DNA of 64,000 nt from Klebsormidium nitens. Lineage: Eukaryota; Plantae; Klebsormidiophyceae. The notes under the pieces are model-generated. The model saw nothing but the letters and a program-made list of their open reading frames with translations. It searched no databases and was not told the DNA's origin. A program made the translations under genes and the position numbers. Location: the NCBI GenBank assembly GCA_000708835.1, contig DF237079.1:1-64000 (forward strand), in the 5' to 3' direction. This document shows positions 12,323 to 34,238 of this stretch, in pieces (the first letter of the stretch is position 1; each line of letters opens with the position of its first letter).

Positions 12323-13699
12323 ATGGGCTTTCTGAGCGGTTCCCTCAGGTCCGGATCCGCGGGACATAACCCGGGCGTCTTGAGGCAGTCCCCTGTTCTG
12401 TTTCTGTCGGTGATCACAACTGCCATTGTGGTCTATTTCAGCATCTGGGATGCCGCGTTCGGCGTTGGAGCCCCAGATCTTGCAAGAACAGTATCCGGGG
12501 GAGTTGGCTCTCAGCCACTTGATGTCGGGGCAACCATGGAGGCCTGGCGGAACGGTTCTCTGAGCGGAAGGCAGTTGCACATCGAGTTGGGGCTCACGGA
12601 TGCTGTCATTCCCGCCATATACAACTGCTTCAATGAGCCGTATCCGCTGCTTGACAGATCTGAAGGGCAGCCCTGTTTCTACTTGAGGACTCCGATCCCG
12701 GTGATAGGGACCAACACGGTGAACAATCCTGCGATGCTCCGCAGGCTTGTTCTTAGTATTGACGTCCCTGTGCAAGTCATAGTCATCGTTGTGAACACCA
12801 TTCCTGGAGAAGACGGCAAGCAGGATGAGCTGGATATGATGGCAATTATAGACGAGCTGCAAGAGCTGATAGGGAGGAGCTTCTTTAAGGTCGTCAGAAG
12901 CGGGTGCAACCGGGGCTGTGCCGGTGGCTGGAACACCATTATCCACTCCACCTTGGATTCGCCTTGGTGGCTTATCGTCAATGATGACGCAGCTTTCGTT
13001 CCCGGCGCGCTGCGTACGCTGTATGACTACGTCAGCAGCAACCCCGACGTGGCTTTTTACAAGCTGACGACATATCAAGTCTTCCTGATCACCAAGCGTG
13101 CGGTGACCGAAGTAGGGGTGTTTGACGAGAACATCTGGCCTGCATACGGGGAAGATTGTGATTACGACCTTCGTCTACAGCTGAGCGGTGTTATGGTCGC
13201 TTCCAGGCCCCCCGAGTTTAGTAACATCCATGGGGACCCAGAGTCGGGCGCTTCGTCCTCCCTCATAAACACAAGGGGAGGAGGGCACTCGGGATACGGG
13301 CAGCGGAGTAAATGCTCTCATTCAAACAACAGGATCTACTACCAGAAGAAGTGGAATCTGTCCGTGCCCGGTTGTGGTAGGCAGCTCGAGGGGATGTTCC
13401 GAACCCCTCACGGTAACCCTTCTCGCAGCCTCGCCAGCTGGACGTTTGACAGAGAACTTCGTGCCCGGTCCCAAACGTGCTGGGCGCCGACCAACAGAAT
13501 AGACAACTGGCTTAGGGAAGATGCTGCAAGTTACTACGCCAAGGTGACCCTCCCAGGGGACCAGCCGGCGTCGAATTGGGAACGAAACCTCATTACCCTC
13601 CAGGCGGAAGAAAGCGAGTCGGAAACTGTTAGCGAGCTGCTGTCCAGTGGAGTGAAAGACGGCACTCGATGTGTCTCTCCGTTCGCAGAGATGATGTAA
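12323..13699 (+). CDS. Intronless GT-A fold / GT2-family glycosyltransferase with N-terminal membrane anchor, ~458 aa
   Basis: Single 467-codon ORF (12296-13699), first ATG at 12323. TM segment VLFLSVITTAIVVYFSIW. GT2 hallmarks: PIPVIG...LRRLVLSID, NRGCAGGWN, DxD-like WWLIVNDD, GVFDENIWPAYGEDCDYDLRL. Confidence 0.85.
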   Translation: MGFLSGSLRSGSAGHNPGVLRQSPVLFLSVITTAIVVYFSIWDAAFGVGAPDLARTVSGGVGSQPLDVGATMEAWRNGSLSGRQLHIELGLTDAVIPAIYNCFNEPYPLLDRSEGQPCFYLRTPIPVIGTNTVNNPAMLRRLVLSIDVPVQVIVIVVNTIPGEDGKQDELDMMAIIDELQELIGRSFFKVVRSGCNRGCAGGWNTIIHSTLDSPWWLIVNDDAAFVPGALRTLYDYVSSNPDVAFYKLTTYQVFLITKRAVTEVGVFDENIWPAYGEDCDYDLRLQLSGVMVASRPPEFSNIHGDPESGASSSLINTRGGGHSGYGQRSKCSHSNNRIYYQKKWNLSVPGCGRQLEGMFRTPHGNPSRSLASWTFDRELRARSQTCWAPTNRIDNWLREDAASYYAKVTLPGDQPASNWERNLITLQAEESESETVSELLSSGVKDGTRCVSPFAEMM

Positions 13700-14139
13700 T
13701 CAGGGTGATTAGCGGGGTCTGTTCGAGGAGTGTTTTGACTACTGTCCAGACGTCCAAGTCGTTTGCTTAGCAAGTTTGCACGGAAGCATAGCTCTTTCTG
13801 ACAAGAAGCTCTAGGTGCTCTACGTCCAAGCGTACACCATATGGCCGGCTTCGATCGAAGTGAGTTATATATCAGAGAGACATAGGCTGATAAAGGGCGC
13901 TGCCCCTCTAAATTTGTGACACAAATCTCTGGTCTTGTTTCCTTTTTGCAAAATCCGAGGCTTACATTCGGGGCTGAATCCTATACATGAATGTTCGCAT
14001 GCACGTCAGCTGGCAGATATCATGCGCCTTCGGACAGAAACCTCTCAAATACTAGCTCATCATGCATGTTTTCATTTGGTAGTCATGCTCGCCACAAGCC
14101 CGGCCTGCGTAAGATTCTGCGCCCCTGCGCGCTCACACT

Positions 14140-15310
14140 CAAGTACAAGATACAATGGAAAATTTGGATCATTCACGAACGAAGGGCGCAACGCAATCTC
14201 AGAACGAGTCTCCATGACGAGTCTGTACCGAACTTGCTGTTGAAGTTCCTCCCACACGGCCGTGGAATGTTGTACGGCTAAGCTGTCATTGCAATATTGC
14301 AATATGTGCCTGCATCCCGCACGTACTTCTGAGCTTATACCGGCGGTTTGATCGAGGATTCTGTCAGCCGCGCGGCCGCGTCAGGAGTGCGCGTTAGCCA
14401 AGGCGCTACGTGGCGACCTGCTGTGTAACGGGCCCGGGGTTTTGATCTTGTCCGGCGGCCGCGGCTGTGCGCCGCCTCCATCGCCGGATCGACGGCTCCG
14501 AGTCCTGCATGTGAGTCTGCTGTAGCATGTAGTCTACAGCTGTGTAGACATAGAAGGGGCGGCGAAGCGACGAGTCTCAATCAAGTGCGGAAGCTTATGT
14601 AGAAATAGTACTCGCGTGGCTTTGTCTTTAGAAACGCTGTTCACTTCTCTGTAGTTGGTCCCTCATGCTGGGCTTCCTCAGAAGCGCTCTTTCAGGTCGG
14701 AAGCCGTGAGCAGAGATGGGTCAGAAGCGCTCTTTCGACTTTGCCTTTAAGTCCTCCGTCTATAGCGACCGTCTCCTGCACGTGCGCGTTGAAGCCCAAT
14801 CTGCAGATAAGGTTGACGACGAGAAGCCTTATTCAGAAGAAAGACAGCCAGCTGCTGAGCCTGGAGTTGAAGAAGGCGCAAATCCTGGCAGAGAAGGAAG
14901 TAATGAATGTGTTGTTAATCATTTCATTTCAGGCCCAATCCTTACGTCATCACAATGCATACATAGCGTGCAGTCGAGCGTGGTATAAGGCGATCCAAAT
15001 TCATCGGTCGGAATATGAATCCTCGTTTCCAAATGCTTCAAGAATGCCAGCTGACCTCGGGCGATTATGGAGCACGTATGATCGAGTAGCCGCAATTAGT
15101 GACCTGGCCAGGGTTCATGCAAGCCCAACTGGTCAATCGGCCATGGTTATGGAGGAAGTGCGCACCATGACGTCAGGTTCATCAAGATTAAGTTACAATT
15201 ACAAGACATGATTCAGCGCATTAGCATTTCTGCTGGCCGCTGAGACAATCATGAGTAACCCGGCGTCCCATGATGCAAGTGCCTTAAGAATCACGGAGCC
15301 CAGGGAGGCG
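14140..15310 (+). pseudogene. Internally deleted tandem duplicate of the BTB-BACK gene (upstream region + exon 1 + 3' flank)
   Basis: 14140-14900 aligns with 15960-16630 (MGQKRSFDFAFKSSVYSDRLLHVRVE vs MGKKRSFDFAFKSSIYSDRLLHVRAE). The reading frame stops at 14988. 14990-15310 (ctcgtttccaaatgcttca...atgagtaac...acggagcccagg) aligns with the intact gene's downstream flank at ~19125-19490. The BTB/BACK body is absent. Confidence 0.8.
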
Positions 15311-16436
15311 GGGTGGGGAGAATTGGAATATTCTTGAACGAGCTCAAGGCAGTATTAAACACGAGCTCGGAGCTCGACGACAGGTGTCGGCAAAACGAGC
15401 TCGATTGGAAACACAGTGTCCGTCCGATGGAGCTTGGACGGCTCGATGAGCAGAAATTCGATACCTACCGGTCACGGCCGCCGAACCCAAGTGGTCGGTA
15501 CCGTAACCCAGCGATGTGAACGTCGCGGTCTGTGTCATTAGTAAAGTTTCAGGGGGTTTAGAGTACCCGTCAATACTGCCTCAATACTGCCCCTCCGAGT
15601 CAGGATCCGAGCAATTCGCCCGGAGCTGGCGGAACTTGCTCGATGGACCATCGAGCAGCGATACGAGATCCAATTCTCCCCACCCCCACTCCCAGGCGAT
15701 AACCCCCGGCTTGGTGAGCTTTGGTGGAGTCCTACTCTCAGCAGGGATGTGGTACGAGCAAACAAGATCAATGATTCGTGACTTTCGGAACTCATGGTTG
15801 TTCTCGGCTAGACCAGAGCACGTTCATGTAGAGGGCTGATCTAGTGGCTGGATCCTTCGAAGAGTCGTCTTGACTCTACTTCTCGGGCTATTTCGCCGTG
15901 CGTGATTGTCTACCTTTAGCACATCCAGCCGGGGGGACCTTGACCCGATTGGACTAGGGGCGCAACCGTCTCAGAAAACTTCGACCGTTCACGAATCAAG
16001 GCCGCATGGCAGAACGAGTCTCCATGGAGAGTCTGTACCAGAATTGCCATTCACGTTTCTTCCGCGTGGCCTTGGAATGCTGCACGGCTAAGTGGTCATT
16101 GAGATGCATGCCTGCATCAACTTTCTGACTCAGTAAGGTTGTACAGCTACGGCCAGCGGTTCAACTGGGGTCTATGTCAGCCGCGCGGCCGCGTCTGCAG
16201 TGCGCACCAGGCACGCGTTGCCAAGGCGCCACGTGGCGACCTGCTGGTGGTGTAATCCGTGTCCGGGTTTTGAGCCTGTCCAGTGGCCGCGGCCGCGCGC
16301 CGCCTCAGTCTGCAGTGGAATTAAAGTAAAGGCCTTGTTGTTGAAAACGCTGTTCACTTTTGTGTATAATGGTTGGTCCCTTAAGCCGGCCTTCCTCAGA
16401 AGCACGCTTTCAAAGACGTTGGAAGCCGTGAGCAAA

Positions 16437-18763
16437 ATGGGTAAGAAGCGCTCTTTTGACTTTGCCTTCAAGTCCTCTATCTATAGCGACAGACTTCTGC
16501 ACGTGCGCGCCGAAGGAGAACGTCCAGACAAAGTTGACGAAGAGAAGCCTTTATCAGAAGACAGACAGCCAGCTGAGCCTGAAGAGGAAGGCACAAAATC
16601 CGGCGAAGAACGAAGGAATGAATGTGAGGCAGGTGAGGACGTAAACTTCAATAGCGTACAGCCAACCACTTTCCCTATGTGTTTCGTTTTTTGACTACCC
16701 CCTACCTGCTTTGCTCTGACTTTGTTCAGAATGTTTGTTTTGAAGTGCAAGCGAGTTTGGACCTTCCGCTCAGGGTCACGTAGGTGCATCTCGTGTACAG
16801 TCAATCATTTGCCTTGAAAATTATCGTCCAACCTGTTCAATAGCAACAGAATATGGAGCTCATAAGCATATCTCAGCTCCTAGCTCCCCTACAGTTCTGA
16901 AAGCAGGAAAAGACTGTCTTCTAGAAGTCAAGGTCATTCAATTAGATTAGCAGGACTTTTTCGATCGATTCATGCCGTGTTCTGAAGCAGACTTCGAAAG
17001 GAATGCACAAGTCCCGTTCTTCTTTGGCTCTAGGTCCACTCAAAATTCCGGTCAGCAGCGGAATCCTGGCATCAAGCTCTGAATACTTTCGGAAGATGTT
17101 TGAGGCTGGCCTCCGAGAAAGCGGAACAAAAGATCAGCCGATCGACATCTGCCTGCCAATTGAAGGCAAGTAATGACTCGCCGTGCCTTGTTACTGAAGG
17201 ATCCTACTAGGTTGCTTTCAGATTTCAGCAGTGTGCTCAAGTCAGGGCCCGTTCTCTGTGCATTCCCATCAACAACAATCCTCTTGAAAGAAATCGTTCC
17301 AGACTTGTTTGAGAGTCAGTTTCCTGTCCTCATGGCCTCTTATCGAAGAAATCATATTGTCACCAGTAGCCAGCAGACTCTTCTCTCTTGATTCAAGCTG
17401 ATCTACCTCGTTGGGGACTTGCAAGAGCTTCCTTTTATCAATCTTACTGCTTGTCCGTATCCGACGTAGTGTCCGCTTAAAAATGTTTTTGCTTTCACCC
17501 TGTGCCATTCTGTTTTCAGCTTACAAAAGCTGCCATTAGACCGTCAATAAAAGCTGAAAGCAAATGTACCTCCTCAATGAACCTACCAGGAAAGCCTACA
17601 TTCCTCCTGCAGACATCGAAGCCTTCCAGCAGCTCATCCGTTTCTTCTACACGGAAGAACTTCCAGGGAACGATAGTGCCACTCTCATCCGCCTCCTCAA
17701 AGTTGCGGACCGCTTCGAGAGCGCCCTCTGCATGGAAAGCTGCGTCTCTGCTTTGCTCCAAGCGCCTCGATCTCTAGAGACAGCTCTCCTGTACCTCTCC
17801 TTACCAGAAGCAGTCAAGTCTTCCCCAGCAGCAAAGCCCCTGGTGTCCTCCGTCTCGGACTTCGTAGGCTGGAGCTTCGATCAGGTTCTCAGCGCAGACA
17901 ACATTGCAGAAATGCCGTTCAGCATGATCAAACATCTGCTCGAGTCTGCTCCGCTCGGAAGCGGATGCGAAGAGATTCTCTTCAAGTGTTTCTTAGAGTG
18001 GGCCCGTAGTGGGGGTGACGTCAGCAGCGGGAGCAACGTCAGCAAGGACGGGCGAGAGGCCAAGGTCAAGGAGCTAGCGGGGTTCCTGAAGTATCCGTTC
18101 ATGGATCCGAGGTTTCTTGAGACGGAGGTCGCCTCAGCCCCCGAGATGCAAACCCCCGTGTGCCAGTTGCACCTTCAGGAGGCGCGCACGTTTTGGCAAG
18201 GGTCGGAACAGGAGCGCGAGCAGATGCGCGCGCAGAATCCCACCTGCCGTTTACGTCCGAGGGAAGGATGCCCGGAGTCCGCTCGCGTCAGCAAATCTGA
18301 GAAGGGGGAGTGGGTGGTAGACGTCAGGTTCCCTGTTGAAGAGGTGACAGGTTTTAAGGTTGAGCAAGTAGTCGAGAAGAACGTCAAAATACGGCCTGAT
18401 CTGTCTTGCTGCGTTCAATTGATCCGTAAGGCGCCCGACGAGAAGAAGAGAGCGGACGACGGCCGCGTGGGTGTGTTCGTGGGTCTGGTAGGTCCGGCTC
18501 GAAGAGACGGTGCTGCTGTATCTGCAAGATGGAGAGTTGGTTTTCGAAATCAGGAAACGGGACGGTACGAGCGAAAACTCGATGGCGGCAGCTGCTCCGA
18601 TACATTTACGCGCGTCTTCGCTGACGATATCCTTTGTTTGGGGGTGAAGGACATTGGTATCGAGTGGAGGAACTTCTGCCTTAGGGAAGGCCCGTTCCTT
18701 GTTGACGGCAACCTGTACGTCCGGGCTGCCTTTGAAAAGCTAGTAATAGACCGTGCAGGATAA
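16437..18763 (+). CDS. BTB/POZ-BACK protein, LRB/POB1-like (CUL3 adaptor family), 3 exons, ~492 aa
   Basis: Exons 16437-16632, 17034-17165, 17613-18763 (1479 nt); intron 2 is GC-AG. Motifs FDFAFKSSIYSDRLL, IPVSSGILASSSEYFRKMFEAGLRES, EAFQQLIRFFYTEEL...LLKVADRFE...CMESC, ETALLYLSLP, FLEWAR, LKYPFM. Confidence 0.9.
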
Positions 18764-19708
18764 CGCAGTGCAACCAGGTAGGTACCAGCCAAGAGCGCGC
18801 CGCTATAGCTCCAGGAAGCGTCTCTAGGCCTGGGATTGAACGTATTATATTGTTCGCAATTCTAGAACTGAATGATAACACAGAGCTCTGGTTGATGCAT
18901 GATACCCACTGATATGTAGCAAGGAGCGCGTTTCTGGTTCTAATTATGAGGACAGACTCACACAAGGAGATCTTGCTAGTGCCCATGTTTGAAACGATCA
19001 TATATTCGTCATGATCGATCATCATTTTCATCAGGCTCAGGCCCGATCCTTTCGTCATTCGATCATATTCAAGCCTTGAAGCAATGATAGCGAGCAGTCA
19101 TGACCGGTGTACGTATCATGAGCGATCCAATCTGATCGCGACTCATCAAAATGTGAAATTCTCGTTTCCAAATGCTTCATGCAAGAATGCCCTGACTCTG
19201 TGCGGTATTTGAGCACATATGATATCGAGCAGCCTGCAGGTGAATTCATGGGGCCCACGGTTCAAGCCCAATTAATCGGTCAAATCGACGGCCATGATTA
19301 CCAATCGGAAGTATATACGCACCATGTTAGGCACGTATCGAGCTTGTAATTTACAATTATACCAGACATGTCATTCAGTGCAGGCCTAAATGAGCTGACC
19401 GCTGAGTCGGTTATGAGTAACAGTCCCATGTTGCGCGAGTAACCGTCCCATGTTGCAATTAAGCCAAAAATTACGGAGCCCAGGCAATAGCCCCCGCTGG
19501 ATTTAGTTCTACTCAGAGCAGTATCTTGGTACACGAGCAACCAAGGTCAGACAGTGGGGATTTTCGGGGCTCATGATTGTTCCTCAACCAGACCATGGAG
19601 CAAGGCCTAATGACCGCTTCTGATAGAGACAAACAAGAGTCGCTTGCTATTAGAGCAATGTGGCCGATCAAGAATGTTCTGTACAATTCCTCAACTGAAG
19701 CATAGTCT

Positions 19709-31370
<11,662 letters not shown>

Positions 31371-34238
31371 TGAATTAGGTAGTAGAAGTGTACACGGCGA
31401 ACATTGCTGCATAGCCTTGAATGTACTCGTGTCCCATTTCATCATGAGTTGCATTAATCACAATGTCCCACCCAGACCCCTGCTGCAAGCAAAGCCCATG
31501 CATACTAGGACCAATGGCGGTGCCAAAAATAGGCCTTGCCAGACAATCAGCCTTGCCTAGCTCTGCACTATGGCTAGCAAAGAAGCCAATCAATCTCAGA
31601 CGTTCCACCTGCATTTGCATATTGGATACTGCAAAATAGTATCATGATAGCAGTAGAAATGTTTGGCCAGGAATGCTAAAACCCATAACAAACAAAACCC
31701 CTACCTGAGGCCATTTCCAAGATCCCTGGATTGCCCAGGAGCTAGTCCGTGCGTTTGCAGCCCCAATTGATCTGCAATAGCGTAGCAAACAATGACATCA
31801 AATGAAGCCTTATCCAGCTCCAACAACTTCTGTACGCCATTATAAACACCAAGTGCTGCAAGCAGCATGTACAGCTCCAGTTTGCTACACCAATTGCTCC
31901 AAGTTGGACATAGCATGTTAGTGAGGCAAGAGAATCCAGAATCAAGGTAGCACGTCATGCTACCAGGTCCTTCAGACTGGAGAATCGAAGGGGTGCAAAC
32001 AAAACTCTGTGATGCTCACGTTGAACTGGTGATTGTAACTGACTGCCAAGAAACCCGTACTGTTCTCTTTGGACACCCTGCATTGGAAAGACCTTGATAT
32101 AAATTGAGCCTTGGTCCAGAAAATGTGAGCCTGAGTTGATCAGGTGTGAAGCCGCTCCTCGAGAGAACAAACCTCTCTCCTTACTGACATTGATTAAAAG
32201 CAGAAAAACACCGAACCACATACCGTTCAAAACACAAACCATATAACTTTCAACAAGAACCTACAGATATAAACAACTGCACTCAAGACGCCTTGAGATA
32301 GCGTCGCCATAGGATCAACAAAGTGCAAAAGAAACAGCACCAAAATTTGACACAAGACACCCAATTCAGGCGGCCAAAGATACACAGACCAGCAAAGCAG
32401 ATTAAATGCAAGAAGCCCAACCAACATACGGTGCAATCAGGATCGTCGAACTCACCATGGGGTATCCATGCCTGGCCATGGCCAGAGGAGCATCCTCCAT
32501 CCGAATGGAGAATTGCTCGGGGCCGAGGGCCGCAAAACTGCTCTGCAGGGCCATCTAACCCCAGCTAACTCTCACCATCCCGCTAACCCTTTCCCAACTT
32601 GCACCTGTAACAGCTCACAGATGAGACTCTGCAAAAAAGGCGTTGGTCTTTCCCCCGGTGCCTGCGACTCTGGTAGAGCCGACCTGCCAAGCCTCCCCGT
32701 TGCAGCAACCTGAGCAAACCCACAGAACGGGGACTCAGGCAAACCCCCAAGCTAGTAATCCTAAGGTTCTCAAACCCCTGTGGAGGCCCCCTGTGCTGGG
32801 CAACCCTCCTCCCTGGGTTCTGCCCTAGGTTGCTGCTCTGAGGACCCAAATGGCAACATGGTCCCATTCTCCAAGCCCCAGTATCTTCTTGGAGTTCAGG
32901 GGCCCTGCAAACTCCAGCCAGGGTTTCACTGGCACTGCTTTGGGTGCATGGAGGAGGACCCATCCTGAGGCCCTCAGTGAGGGGCGAGTACGGTGTTACA
33001 GAGCTGAGCTGGCCTGACTCCGGCCTCGAACAGATGAGGTCCGACCGTCCTGCGGCCATGGCTGCGCGACAAAATCCGCCCGCCATTTGCCAATCAAGGG
33101 CTCCCAAAATTCTGTTGAGTGCAGGGCGACGTCCGGGGCTTCTTTTCCACGCCCACCGCAAATTTGCTGTAGGATTTTGAGCGGACTTGGTATTCCAACC
33201 CCTGTCGACATGTACAGTGGTTTTGGGGTGGTTCCTTCCCTTTGGTTTCGGTTCCTTTTCGACAGCGACCGTCGAGCCCTGCCAGCGGATTCGCCTCGCG
33301 TTGTGAGAGAAGAAGATTCGACGTTCGAACTTCGCCGTACTCGAAGCGCAGCCACGAGGTGCACATGTAATCATGACGTCCCCAAACCTCCGTACGTGCT
33401 TCTGGACGGAGGCGCGCGCGCGGGCCGTCGCCAGCACGCTGCAGCCGCCATCGCCATGATCATGATGATGGCTGGCAGCTACCTAGCATGCAGAGCTGCT
33501 GTCCATTCACAGGGCATATCAGACGTTGGTAGCGCTACCTGCGGAGCGTTTCTGCTGCATACATAGGTATCCGAAATTGGGCGTGATTCTCCTGATTGCA
33601 GAGGTTTTTAGATCAATTTTGCCCACAGCACTGGGCAATTGGCCCGTTGGCTCTCACTGTTCAAGGGCAGAGGTGGTGGCTGAGACGATCTGCTCGTGTA
33701 GAGGTGAGGTTGGTCAGTGCCGACGACAAAGCCTCTTCCTGCCAGCTCAATTGTGATCTGGATTGGGCATCTGTTCCTTGACATAGCTACAGTCTCTATT
33801 CAGCTCAGGTCCTGCTACCAAATTGATCCTAGAAGTGATAATTCCAACAGCGCGAAGTACTTTTGATGGTGCTCATGTGCTCTAACATTGATGCATAGGC
33901 ACTTTGTGTGCAAAGATCTCAGTAATCTACGTTTGTTTTCTCAGCATCTCTGCATCCTGAGACCAGCCAATCAGGGTAGGGAGTTGATGTCTAGTGTGTA
34001 TCTCAAGACTCCTGCCTCCTATAGTCTGCCATATTGCAGAAGTTTTCCTAGATAGCCATTTTACTGGTGGACACTCTGTTAGTGAGATGATGCCTGCCTT
34101 ATCAGCTGAAAGCTCTTAGCGGTGAAAGCAATTCACCACCCTTGGCTCTATGAACAGTTTCTAGAGCACAATGAGTTGCTCTCATCTCTCCAGGAGACAA
34201 ATTGAAGGGACTTTGGGCGCCAACTCTGTCTTCAACAT

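Noticed and set aside
15313-15900. Possible transposon or coding remnant between the BTB copies (repeated gagctc, short ORFs)
   Set aside because: No transposase/RT motif or terminal repeats identified.
19255-19275. B-box-like GGTTCAAGCCC suggesting a tRNA or SINE
   Set aside because: No A-box at proper spacing and no cloverleaf can be folded.
32450-33440. Candidate additional INO80 5' exons (32457-32543 and ORFs 32583-33437)
   Set aside because: Splice sites exist, but I could not build a unique in-frame path to the YEKLFDLE exon; they may be 5'UTR exons.
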